Under the pieces are notes generated by a model. It searched no databases and was not told where the DNA came from. It saw nothing but the letters and a program-made list of their open reading frames with translations. This document shows, piece by piece, positions 46,398 through 55,262 of a stretch of DNA of 64,000 bases. Location of the stretch: the NCBI GenBank assembly GCA_043814985.1, contig JBDRJK010000019.1, positions 56,561 to 120,560 of the forward strand, written 5' to 3'. The DNA is from Candidatus Aenigmatarchaeota archaeon (GTDB lineage Archaea; Aenigmatarchaeota; Aenigmatarchaeia; Aenigmatarchaeales; Aenigmatarchaeaceae). How positions within the stretch are numbered: the first letter of the stretch is position 1; every line of letters begins with the position of its first letter. A program made the position numbers and the translations under genes.

Positions 46398-46976
46398 TTG
46401 ATTCAAATGGAAGACGACCTGTTTCTGAAAAGCAAAATAGACAAGCTGAAGGGCAAAGAGCCTGTCGTGAGGATCCGAGCCAAAGAAACCAAGGAAGAGT
46501 ACAAGAGGCCTTCCTGGGACGAGTACTTCATGAGCATAGCCAAATTGGTCGGGACCAGAGGCACATGTGACAGGGGAAGAAGCGGGGCAATAATAGTAAA
46601 GGACAAGAGGATTATTACCACTGGCTACGCAGGCTCTCCAATGGGACTGCCCCACTGCGATGAAGTCGGCCATTTGATGAGCGATGTCATGAATCCTGAT
46701 GGTTCAGTGTCAAAACATTGCGTGAGGACTGTTCACGGTGAGCAGAATGCCATTGTCCAGGCTGCTCTACACGGGGTTTCCACCAAGGGAGCTACTATCT
46801 ATACCAAGTTTGAGCCCTGCTTCATTTGCGCCAAGATGATAATAAATGCGGGAATAAAGAGGGTTGTCTGCCAGAGGAAGTACCACGCGGCAGAATTCAC
46901 CAGGAAGTTCTTCAAGGAAGCCGGCGTTGGACTGATTGTCCTGAGTGACGAAGTTGAGGAATACCCTAACCAGTGA
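46398..46976 (+). CDS. dCMP (deoxycytidylate) deaminase
   Basis: HCDEVGH and HGEQNAI...PCFICAKMI zinc-binding CDA motifs. Confidence 0.75.
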   Translation: MIQMEDDLFLKSKIDKLKGKEPVVRIRAKETKEEYKRPSWDEYFMSIAKLVGTRGTCDRGRSGAIIVKDKRIITTGYAGSPMGLPHCDEVGHLMSDVMNPDGSVSKHCVRTVHGEQNAIVQAALHGVSTKGATIYTKFEPCFICAKMIINAGIKRVVCQRKYHAAEFTRKFFKEAGVGLIVLSDEVEEYPNQ

Positions 46977-47541
46977 TTTTTGATAAGACTTCTTCTACCT
47001 TTTTTTGTAAATCCCCTAGAGTTCCAGTGTTTTTTATTGTAAAATCAGCCATTGCTACTGGCCCTGCTTTATGAAGGTTCCCTATCTCAGAATAGTCCCT
47101 GCTTTGTGCCTGTTCTTGTGTGAATGGCCTGTGTCTCATTTCTTTATCATTCTTTGGATCGTATTTTCTAATTTCTAATCTCTTGTAGCGTGTTTCTGGC
47201 GAAGCATAAACAGCTATACAGATAAATGATTCACCGTACCTTTTCTTTAATTCCAGATACTCTTCCCAGCTGTACAAGCCATCAGCAATAACATCACCCT
47301 TTTCCAGTAATTTGTCGATTTTCGGTATGTTCAAAATTGCATATGCGGCCATGCCATGCTCCTTTCTTATTTTCTCCCTTATTGGCCTTTCATTCTCTTC
47401 TGTTGGCTCAAGACCTCTTTCTTTCACAATATCCAGTGTTATCTGCCCAAAACGTATGAATTGAAAGCCTTTCTTTACAAGCATGTCAGCTACTGTGCTC
47501 TTTCCAGAACCTGTCATTCCTACTAGTGCGATTACCTTCAT
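46966..47541 (-). CDS. UPF0200-family P-loop kinase (dephospho-CoA-kinase-like, archaeal)
   Basis: GMTGSGKST Walker A; IAVYASPETRYKRLEIR and C-terminal AMADFTIKNTGTLGDL pattern. Confidence 0.55.
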   Translation of the reverse strand: MKVIALVGMTGSGKSTVADMLVKKGFQFIRFGQITLDIVKERGLEPTEENERPIREKIRKEHGMAAYAILNIPKIDKLLEKGDVIADGLYSWEEYLELKKRYGESFICIAVYASPETRYKRLEIRKYDPKNDKEMRHRPFTQEQAQSRDYSEIGNLHKAGPVAMADFTIKNTGTLGDLQKKVEEVLSKITG

Positions 47542-47578
47542 CTAACCACTTAATATATAAACTTTTAATTAATAACTA

Positions 47579-47587
47579 TTATAAATA
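47579..47587 (+). promoter_or_regulatory. TATA box (TTATAAATA) about 25 nt upstream of the L21e ATG
   Basis: Spacing consistent with a leaderless transcript. Confidence 0.45.
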
Positions 47588-47603
47588 TTTTAGGTTGGTT
47601 TTA

Positions 47604-47882
47604 ATGGTTTCAAAATCGCACGGTCCAAGAAGGGGAACAAGGAAGAGGTTTAAGAATGAGAGGAAGGCCACTGTCAACCAGTTCATGAGGAAGTTTGAGC
47701 TGGGAGACAAGATAGTGATTGACATAGAGTCCTCTTCGTCCAAAGGCATGCCTTTCAGAAGGTTCCAGGGACGTACTGGCAAGGTTGTTGGACAGAGGGG
47801 AAGGGCCTACTTGATTGAGATAAAGGACGGCAACATGGTCAAGAAGATAGCTACGAACCCGGAGCATATTAAAACCATATAG
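47604..47882 (+). CDS. rpl21e: Ribosomal protein L21e
   Basis: MVSKSHGPRRGTRKRFKNE...GRTGKVVGQRGRAYLIEIKDG matches L21e; ATG 47604. Confidence 0.8.
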   Translation: MVSKSHGPRRGTRKRFKNERKATVNQFMRKFELGDKIVIDIESSSSKGMPFRRFQGRTGKVVGQRGRAYLIEIKDGNMVKKIATNPEHIKTI

Positions 47883-47919
47883 TTATTTTAATAATTTCTT
47901 GGTAACTTATTCTATATAC

Positions 47920-48005
47920 GCGGAGGTCCGATAGTCTGGTCAATTCGGTAGGCTTGAGGAGCCTATGGGTTAGTCCCTTCGCAGGTTCAAATCCTGCCCT
48001 CCGCA
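47920..48005 (+). tRNA. tRNA-Leu (GAG), long variable arm
   Basis: Acceptor GCGGAGG/CCTCCGC, anticodon stem TAGGC/GCCTA, loop TTGAGGA, 15-nt variable arm, T-arm GCAGG-TTCAAAT-CCTGC. Confidence 0.7.
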
Positions 48006-48064
48006 CAACATATTTTCTCATGAAGGGCGGCACATTAATAAGCAAAATTTCATAAATTGTTAGT

Positions 48065-48547
48065 ATGAAGAAAAGATATTTTTTGATTATTGCAGTTTTG
48101 ATTTCAATTATAGTATCATTATACTTCTATATATCATATTTTTACATCGCGGAAGTACCAAATGAGTATATAGCTTGTGGTTGTGGTTGCTGTGGTGGTA
48201 TGGAACCTCAAGAAGAATGTATCTACCATTCAAAAGGTGATGATATGAGGTCAATTATTATAAACGATAGGTTAATGTCCAGAGACCCTATATGCCCTAC
48301 GGTTGGGTGTAGTTTTCCTATAAAATATGTCTATTGTGACTGCACTCAAGACAATTCCGGTTCATGTGATAGAACTTGCGAGTCTGATGATGATTGTCAA
48401 TTATCATGTGGTTGTGACTGTATCTCTAAAAACGAAGTTTGTAGATTTGCAGGTACTTTTTGCGAAGAACCGGAAGAAAATCCAAGCCTTTATCAGAAAT
48501 GCATATGTATCAATAACAGATGTGAACTTAAATGGGAAGAGGGTTAA
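48065..48547 (+). CDS. Secreted/membrane-anchored cysteine-rich protein (about 28 Cys in 160 aa)
   Basis: N-terminal TM; CGCGCCGG, CDCTQ, CDRTCESDDDCQLSCGCDC, CICINNRC motifs. Confidence 0.5.
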   Translation: MKKRYFLIIAVLISIIVSLYFYISYFYIAEVPNEYIACGCGCCGGMEPQEECIYHSKGDDMRSIIINDRLMSRDPICPTVGCSFPIKYVYCDCTQDNSGSCDRTCESDDDCQLSCGCDCISKNEVCRFAGTFCEEPEENPSLYQKCICINNRCELKWEEG

Positions 48548-48598
48548 GGGAGAAACGTAGTTTCTCCTTAGGAGGTTCAAATCCTGCTCTCCGCACAT
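48548..48598 (+). repeat. Hairpin plus tRNA-Leu 3'-end-like fragment (27/30 nt identical to 47976-48005)
   Basis: GGAGGTTCAAATCCTGCTCTCCGCACA vs tRNA-Leu GCAGGTTCAAATCCTGCCCTCCGCACA; no 5' half present. Confidence 0.5.
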
Positions 48599-48646
48599 CT
48601 CATGTTCTTCACCGCTTGATGTGAGGGCAGCAATAAGAATAAATTT

Positions 48647-49846
48647 CTAAATTTTTGTTGGAGAAGCTTCTCTCAAATAATTTTTATTGATTTTTATTCT
48701 GGTTCCATTGTGGTAGTATTTTTTCTTTGATAATCTCTCCCATCTTACCTCTTTCCCGAGTATGCTTAAAGTTCTTGCTACAACCAAACAAACAAGGGAC
48801 AGCGCCGAGTCAAAAGTCAAATAAAGAGGGATGAACGGAATAAGACGCCCCTCTTTCATTTTAAACAAACCTATGGAGATAGCTAAGAACGAGATTAGAA
48901 ACGGAATAATAGAAAAAATACGCAATTGCAGGCTGCTCGCAAAAATAAAGGCTATTAAAGAAAACAAACTTATGGTCTGTATAGCCACTGGATTGAGGGA
49001 TATCACCGTTGAGGTAATTTTTTTCTTTCTAAATACGAATCTCGTGGGCATGCTGTACCATCTCAACCTCTGTATAAAAAAGTGATAGACACTCTCGACC
49101 TCCTCTTGCCATACACTTGCACCAGTAACGGCCATCTTCCAGCCCCTGTTTTTCAGATTGCTGGCCATTTCTTCATCTTCTGCGAGCGTCTTTCCATGAC
49201 CACCCACATCTTTCCACGCTTTCCTCTTGAACGAATAATTAGCGCCGCAAATGTACTGTTCAACGCCCATCCTCGCTCTTCCCCAATACGCAACATTTAA
49301 CATCCACACGTCCTCTATGGCCCTCATCCTGGTCAGCAAGTTCTTGTACCAGTTACCGCAGAATACCAATCCCAAGGATGCGCCAATCCTTTTGTCACTC
49401 ATCAGAGTGCGGACGTGTTTCATCAGCCAGTCTCTTTCACATATTCCGTCAGGATCTGTGAGGGCGATGATGTCCCCCTTTGCCACATCTCTTATGGCAT
49501 CGTCAAGGACCTGGCCCTTTCGGTTGTATCCCTTTTTGCTTCTATAATGTTTTATCAGCCCCAATTTCTCGTAGTGCTTGCATATTTTCAGAGTCTTGCC
49601 AGTAGACCCGTTGTCATAAACTATTATCTCGTACTTGTCCTTTGGATAGTTCAATTTAAGGAAGTTTTCGATCTTTCTTTTTATTACATTTCCTGCCCAG
49701 TCGTCCCTGTATGCATATGTCATGACGCTGACCTTTGGCAAGACCTTTGGTTCCTTTGGCTGATAAGGTCTTTTCGCAATAAAGGCATAAAGAAGGTTGA
49801 GTAAGGATGACAGTATGAACAAAGATGATAGTATTTCTGTAAGCAT
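48647..49846 (-). CDS. Family 2 glycosyltransferase with C-terminal TM region
   Basis: KVSVMTYAYRDDW...YDNGSTGKT...DPDG GT-A motifs; 399 aa. Confidence 0.65.
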   Translation of the reverse strand: MLTEILSSLFILSSLLNLLYAFIAKRPYQPKEPKVLPKVSVMTYAYRDDWAGNVIKRKIENFLKLNYPKDKYEIIVYDNGSTGKTLKICKHYEKLGLIKHYRSKKGYNRKGQVLDDAIRDVAKGDIIALTDPDGICERDWLMKHVRTLMSDKRIGASLGLVFCGNWYKNLLTRMRAIEDVWMLNVAYWGRARMGVEQYICGANYSFKRKAWKDVGGHGKTLAEDEEMASNLKNRGWKMAVTGASVWQEEVESVYHFFIQRLRWYSMPTRFVFRKKKITSTVISLNPVAIQTISLFSLIAFIFASSLQLRIFSIIPFLISFLAISIGLFKMKEGRLIPFIPLYLTFDSALSLVCLVVARTLSILGKEVRWERLSKKKYYHNGTRIKINKNYLREASPTKI

Positions 49847-49892
49847 ACTTTATTATTGGTGGCGTTTAAATAAGCTTTTTTATAAATTCTGA

Positions 49893-49919
49893 TCTAGTTC
49901 AAATCCGGCCCTCCGCACC
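49893..49919 (+). repeat. Second tRNA 3'-end-like fragment (TTCAAATCCGGCCCTCCGCACCA)
   Basis: Shares TTCAAATCC..CCCTCCGCAC with tRNA-Leu 3' end; no 5' half. Confidence 0.4.
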
Positions 49920-49952
49920 ATTCTTATTAATCAAGAATTCTAAATTGATAAT

Positions 49953-50792
49953 ATGAAACTAATAATCTTAGGTTCTGGTGGAGCATGGTCTTGTCCCATA
50001 CCCACTTGCTTTTGCGAAAAATGTAGAGAAGCAAGAGACAAGGGAGTGCCTTATTCCAGAGGAGGGCCTTCCTTATTCATAGAAGAGGAGAGCATACTGT
50101 TTGATACCCCGGAGGAAATTACTCAGCAATTAAACAGGGAGAAAGTAAAGAGATTGAGGCACGTATTCTACACTCACTGGCATCCGGACCACACCCAAGG
50201 CATGAGGATATTTGAGAATATTGCAAGACGTTTGAAGCACCCGCAAGAATTACCGTTTGATGCGGAAATGATTGATGTCTATATACCAGTTGAGGTCTAT
50301 GATGATTTCAAAAAGTATTTGTCGAATTTTTTCTATTATGAAGAAAATGGATGGATAAGGGTTCATAAGATAGAAGACAGGAAAGAAATAAAGATAGGAA
50401 GGTTGTCCATAATTCCTCTAAGCTTTAGGGTTCCGGGAAAATCCCGTTATGGGTATCTAATAAAGGAAAGTAAAAAGAAGGTATTCTACGGGCCTTGTAG
50501 CATATGGAGCATGACAACTGACGAGAGCTTTGACAGTACTGATTTAATGCTTATAGAATTTGGTTGGTTAGGGAACACAGAAGAGAAAAGAAAGAATGAT
50601 CCCAAGACTTCATCTATTCACTATCACATAAGCTTTGAAGAGGATATAGAACTTATCAGAAAACTGAAACCTAAACGGACTATACTTACACATATCGACT
50701 ATACGGATTTTGAAAATGCTGAGAGGTTGGTAAAACCATTCAAAAAATTGAATATAGATATAGCATATGATGGCATGAAAATAGAGGTTTGA
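49953..50792 (+). CDS. MBL-fold metallo-hydrolase with N-terminal Cys cluster
   Basis: HTHWHPDHTQG (HxHxDH) motif. Confidence 0.65.
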   Translation: MKLIILGSGGAWSCPIPTCFCEKCREARDKGVPYSRGGPSLFIEEESILFDTPEEITQQLNREKVKRLRHVFYTHWHPDHTQGMRIFENIARRLKHPQELPFDAEMIDVYIPVEVYDDFKKYLSNFFYYEENGWIRVHKIEDRKEIKIGRLSIIPLSFRVPGKSRYGYLIKESKKKVFYGPCSIWSMTTDESFDSTDLMLIEFGWLGNTEEKRKNDPKTSSIHYHISFEEDIELIRKLKPKRTILTHIDYTDFENAERLVKPFKKLNIDIAYDGMKIEV

Positions 50793-50841
50793 TTAGAGTT
50801 CCAACATCCGCATTTTTATTCTAAAAATTCCAACTAACCAT

Positions 50842-51522
50842 ATGGTAGACTGGTTCGGTTCGTTTCCCGTGGCTCCACTGCTTTTCGCGTTTCTGATTCC
50901 AATAGTTTACTCCTTGGTTAAAAGAAAGGAACTCAAATCAATCCTATTAATGACAGCATGCTCAGTAGGGGTCGTTGCCTTCTATCCAATTACTAACTTT
51001 CTGAGCAGCTCCATCCCGTTGTTTGGTTATTTAATAGGAAAAGTCATTCTTTTTGTCTTGTTCCCAATAGGGACAATATTCTTCATAGAGCGCTGGAGCA
51101 TCAAAGACATCTTCACGAACTTGGGTGTCAGAAAGGAGAACCTAAAGAAAAGCATTCTCTATGGTTTATTAGCTGCAGTGGTTACAATAGCCATCACCAC
51201 CTTGATTATTACTAGTAGCCAGATTGATTCTGTCTATAGCACGGTCATGTTTTTCGAGTCCTTCACAGAGGAGTTCTTCTTCAGGGGCTTTTTATTGCTG
51301 TATTTAATGAAAAAGACCAGTCCCAAGGTAGCATATGCAACATCCATACTCGGCTTCATCCTAATACACCCCCAGAACTTTGACAATCTATTTATAATCT
51401 CAACAATGGTGCAGGGAGTTCTGATGACTGTCATTGCCGACAAGACCAAAAACATAGTGGGTCCTTGGGTTGGTCACGGCCTTAATAGGGTTGTTCCCAG
51501 TCTTCTGAGAATCCTTTTCTAG
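50842..51522 (+). CDS. CPBP-family (CAAX protease-like) intramembrane metalloprotease
   Basis: TEEFFFRGFLL (EExxxR) and downstream His motifs; multi-TM. Confidence 0.65.
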   Translation: MVDWFGSFPVAPLLFAFLIPIVYSLVKRKELKSILLMTACSVGVVAFYPITNFLSSSIPLFGYLIGKVILFVLFPIGTIFFIERWSIKDIFTNLGVRKENLKKSILYGLLAAVVTIAITTLIITSSQIDSVYSTVMFFESFTEEFFFRGFLLLYLMKKTSPKVAYATSILGFILIHPQNFDNLFIISTMVQGVLMTVIADKTKNIVGPWVGHGLNRVVPSLLRILF

Positions 51523-51569
51523 ATAATCTATATTTAAAGATTTCTTCCTTACTTTAATCTAGTGATAAG

Positions 51570-51836
51570 ATGGGAACTCCAAACTTTGAAATTAAAAGGG
51601 AAGAACATAAAAAGTGGTTAGAAGAACAAGGGATACCATTTGGAAGATGTGACTATGCTCCTAAAGAGGGGAATCTGGGTACTAACAAGTGTAGCATATA
51701 CTCTCATGTTGATCCTGAATTCCAAGTTTTCACATGCCTTTCTGCATGTGGTAATGAAGTTAATGGTTTTGAGAACAACCTGAAAGTAACGCCATGTGAA
51801 CATAAAAGATTGAAAGACCAATATGAAAAGAAATAA
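51570..51836 (+). CDS. Hypothetical Cys-containing small protein
   Basis: ORF track only. Confidence 0.3.
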   Translation: MGTPNFEIKREEHKKWLEEQGIPFGRCDYAPKEGNLGTNKCSIYSHVDPEFQVFTCLSACGNEVNGFENNLKVTPCEHKRLKDQYEKK

Positions 51837-51839
51837 TAA

Positions 51840-52259
51840 TCAGAATGATTTCATATATTCTCTTATCTTATTAACCGAAATCTTGACTTCTTCAATTATT
51901 TTGTCATTCTTCATGTTCTCTTTGGCATAATTCATGATAGGTCTTACTGACTCTATCTTCCTGCCGAATCTCTCCATCCATCCGTGCCTAGGAAATATCC
52001 AGAGGTGAAATTTATGCTCGGAATCCTCGTTCTGAAAGAGGTAGACATCCTTTATTTTTAGTACTTCCTTCATTCCCCTTCTGAGATTTATTAGCAGTTT
52101 TATGAATTCCTTTGACTCTTCTTCATTGAGGTCAGCAACAGAATTTATCTTCCTTTTGGATGATATTATGAAGAACCCTGGTATGGGAATCTCCCAGTCT
52201 TGGCCAACTTCGAAATGGTTAGTGGTTATTATTGTCTCATCAGGGAATAATTTTTCCAT
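51840..52259 (-). CDS. HIT-like nucleotidyl hydrolase/transferase
   Basis: HKFHLWIFPR histidine-triad-like motif. Confidence 0.5.
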   Translation of the reverse strand: MEKLFPDETIITTNHFEVGQDWEIPIPGFFIISSKRKINSVADLNEEESKEFIKLLINLRRGMKEVLKIKDVYLFQNEDSEHKFHLWIFPRHGWMERFGRKIESVRPIMNYAKENMKNDKIIEEVKISVNKIREYMKSF

Positions 52260-52332
52260 ATTAAGAAATTATGAAAATTGGTATTTATTAGAATATTATA
52301 ATTTTTTAAACCAGCATTTCTAAATCTATTAT

Positions 52333-52848
52333 ATGAAAAAGACAAAGACTTACGAGAACTTTCCTTTATGGATAGTCGCCTTAACTAACCTTTTCTCCCT
52401 ATCAATCTATCTGATAGGATTATATATTTTCTCAAGATTTGGAATACTATTCGCTGTATTCTTCGCTCTTTACATTATCTGGACTGAATTCCGCTTGGTT
52501 ACAAAATCCTGCAGGAATTGTTATTATTATGGTAAATTCTGTGCATTCGGAAGGGGCAAGTGCTGTTCTCTGTTATTCAAGAAAGGCAGCCCCAAGAGGT
52601 TTGTGAAAAGAAAGGTAACAATGAAAGACCTAATCCCAGATTTCCTATTAACTATACTTCCAATGATAGCAGGAGCCATACTTCTAATATACGACTTTTC
52701 ATGGTGCATTCTTGCATTAATAGCCTTTTTGATTGTTTTCGGATTCTTTGGAAATGCAGTGATCAGGAGCTCTTTCGCCTGTAAATATTGCAAGCAAAGG
52801 AAAATAGGATGCCCTGCAGAAAAGTTATTCAAGAAAAAGAACAAATAA
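52333..52848 (+). CDS. Membrane protein with cytosolic CxxC clusters
   Basis: Four TM helices; CRNCYYYGKFC and CKYCKQRKIGC. Confidence 0.4.
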   Translation: MKKTKTYENFPLWIVALTNLFSLSIYLIGLYIFSRFGILFAVFFALYIIWTEFRLVTKSCRNCYYYGKFCAFGRGKCCSLLFKKGSPKRFVKRKVTMKDLIPDFLLTILPMIAGAILLIYDFSWCILALIAFLIVFGFFGNAVIRSSFACKYCKQRKIGCPAEKLFKKKNK

Positions 52849-52881
52849 GCTTTTTAACCTTGAATTACAATTAAAATCAAT

Positions 52882-53586
52882 ATGAAAGGCATGATTGTAC
52901 CTGACCATCTGGGCGTTATTCTTGACGGCAATAGGAGATGGGCTATCGAAAATAAACTGAAGCCTTGGAAAGGCCACGCTTTCGGGGCTGAGAAATTTGA
53001 AAAATTTTTGGAATGGTGTGTGGAATTTGAAATACCTCAAATTTCCGCATATGTCCTATCAACAGAGAACCTTAACAGGTCAAAAAGAGAAGTTGATGCT
53101 CTGCTAGATTTATTCCAAAATGAGCTGGAAAGAGTCGAGAATAATAAGATAAGCCTTCTGGACAAGTATGAGATAAGAATGAAATTTATAGGAGATTTGA
53201 CCAGACTGCCTTTGGGACTCCGTAGAGTAATGGGAAGAATAATGGACAAGACAGAAAAATATAACCAAAGAGTCTTCAACATTATGGTTGCTTATGGTGG
53301 GAAGTTCGAGCTGACAAACGCTGTCAAGAAAATAGCTAAAAAGGCCTTGGAAACAGGCATAGTAACTGTGACCGAGAAGACAATAAAGGACAACCTTATG
53401 GTAAAAGATGATATTGACCTTCTTATTAGGACTGGTGGGGAGAAGAGGCTTTCCAACTTTATGCCAATCCAGGCCGCCTATGCAGAGATGATAGTTCTAA
53501 GAAAATTGTGGCCAGACATCAGGAAAAGCGATCTGAAAAGATGTATTATGGAATACTCTAGAAGGCAGAGAAGATTCGGCCACTAG
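52882..53586 (+). CDS. uppS: cis-Prenyltransferase (undecaprenyl/dolichyl diphosphate synthase)
   Basis: HLGVILDGNRRWA signature; 234 aa. Confidence 0.85.
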   Translation: MKGMIVPDHLGVILDGNRRWAIENKLKPWKGHAFGAEKFEKFLEWCVEFEIPQISAYVLSTENLNRSKREVDALLDLFQNELERVENNKISLLDKYEIRMKFIGDLTRLPLGLRRVMGRIMDKTEKYNQRVFNIMVAYGGKFELTNAVKKIAKKALETGIVTVTEKTIKDNLMVKDDIDLLIRTGGEKRLSNFMPIQAAYAEMIVLRKLWPDIRKSDLKRCIMEYSRRQRRFGH

Positions 53587-55223
53587 ACCTTTTCTAGTAT
53601 CTTTCTTACTCTTTCTCTTCCTATTATCAGAATGAACGGAGCTAGTCTGGGACCCCAAGACTTTCCTAGCAAAGACAGATATATTGCCTTGAAGAAATCC
53701 TTTGAATCGATTCCTACTTCCTTTTTTATCTCGAAGAACCTTCCATACAATTCCTTTTCTGTTAATTCTTTTTTCAAGTCATTAGCCAAAATTTTTAATG
53801 CTTGCCTTTGTTTATCATCCAACTTTTCCTTTGGGGGATTTTCCAAAATCTTTATCTTGTAGCTTTCGCCTCCGTATCTTTCTGCCCAGTTCTTGGCCAT
53901 CACGAGCATTTCCTTTATCTTGTTCTCGTCCTCTACTTTCTCCAGATGTCCTGTTGACTTGAACAGCTCGATTGCCTTCTCAAGCATCTTCTCCTTTGGA
54001 ACCAATTGCGAAACTAAAGCAGCATAATCAAAAGGAATCTGGGCCGGCATCTTGTCGGGAACCTCGACCTCGCTCATAACATATAGCCTCTTTGAGAACT
54101 CCTCTTTGTCGTCCTCTTCCATGCCAAAGTAAATTCTCTGCAGCTTGTAGAACTCGTCAACATACTTCGGGATGTACTCATAAGAAAAATCTCTGACTCT
54201 GTTCGGTCTCTTCATGAATAGCAGTCTCAGTATTTGCGGCGGAGCAAACAAGGGCCACTCCCATGTTGCCACCACATTACCCACGGATGCCGACATCTTC
54301 TTGCCAGATACAGTCAGGTACTCATAAGGTTGAATGTAGTTCTTTCCAGGATAAGGCTCTGCCCAACCAAATATTTTTTCACATATCTCACCAGCGCTCC
54401 AGAAGGAACCCCCTGGCATGAAGTGCTCCTTGCCGCCAGCCTCGAAAATGACCTTCCAGTGTGCCCATAACATTCCCCACTCTACTCTCCACAACAATTT
54501 TCCGTTCTTCATGTTGCTTTCTCCCTTGAAGCCGCAGCCTTTCAGCTTTGTGTAAGCATCCACACCGAAAGGTTTGAACTGGTAGTCCTCGCAGGAATAT
54601 TTCACAACACCCCCATCCATACTAGTCACCTTTGTTGTCATTAGTTTTCTACAGTTCTCGCATACAGGCTTCCATGGAGTCCAGTCTTTGGCTAATGGGA
54701 CCCTTCTCTTCTTGTTGAGAATCTCTTTGATTTCATCAAGGTTTTCAAACACAAGCTTGATCCACTTGGAGAAAGTTCCTGCTCTATATTCCTTGGATGT
54801 TGAGAAGTATTCAGGGCTTGTCCCGAATTTCTTCAGGCTTTCCACAAATTTCGTGCAGAAATGCTCGCTGTAAGTCTTGTGGCAACCCTCAGGGCATGGT
54901 ATGTCAGCAACAGGCATTCCCAGATACTTGTCAAAGCTTTTGGGTATCCCTGCAGGAACCTTTCTCAAGGCGTCCATGTCCTCCCCTATCCACAGGAACC
55001 TGGGTTCACGACCCTTTTCCTTCAGTGACCTTACAACAGCATCGTTCCTTATGACGTCGGACGCGTTGCCTATGTGAGGAACTCCGGAAATTGAAGTAGA
55101 ACTTTTTACAGCAAAATTTTTGGGCAGCTCGTATTTCTTTTTTATGTAATTGTAACCTTTCCTGTTCAAAATCATGTCTGCTATCTCATCTGACCAAAAT
55201 ATTTCTCCCATAATAATCTCCAA
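53583..55223 (-). CDS. lysK: Class I lysyl-tRNA synthetase
   Basis: HIGN (HIGH-variant) motif, KMSAS (KMSKS) motif, about 545 aa archaeal LysRS-I architecture. Confidence 0.85.
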   Translation of the reverse strand: MEIIMGEIFWSDEIADMILNRKGYNYIKKKYELPKNFAVKSSTSISGVPHIGNASDVIRNDAVVRSLKEKGREPRFLWIGEDMDALRKVPAGIPKSFDKYLGMPVADIPCPEGCHKTYSEHFCTKFVESLKKFGTSPEYFSTSKEYRAGTFSKWIKLVFENLDEIKEILNKKRRVPLAKDWTPWKPVCENCRKLMTTKVTSMDGGVVKYSCEDYQFKPFGVDAYTKLKGCGFKGESNMKNGKLLWRVEWGMLWAHWKVIFEAGGKEHFMPGGSFWSAGEICEKIFGWAEPYPGKNYIQPYEYLTVSGKKMSASVGNVVATWEWPLFAPPQILRLLFMKRPNRVRDFSYEYIPKYVDEFYKLQRIYFGMEEDDKEEFSKRLYVMSEVEVPDKMPAQIPFDYAALVSQLVPKEKMLEKAIELFKSTGHLEKVEDENKIKEMLVMAKNWAERYGGESYKIKILENPPKEKLDDKQRQALKILANDLKKELTEKELYGRFFEIKKEVGIDSKDFFKAIYLSLLGKSWGPRLAPFILIIGRERVRKILEKV

Positions 55224-55262
55224 TAATTAAATTATTTATATTAGTTTACATAAAAAGAGGGT

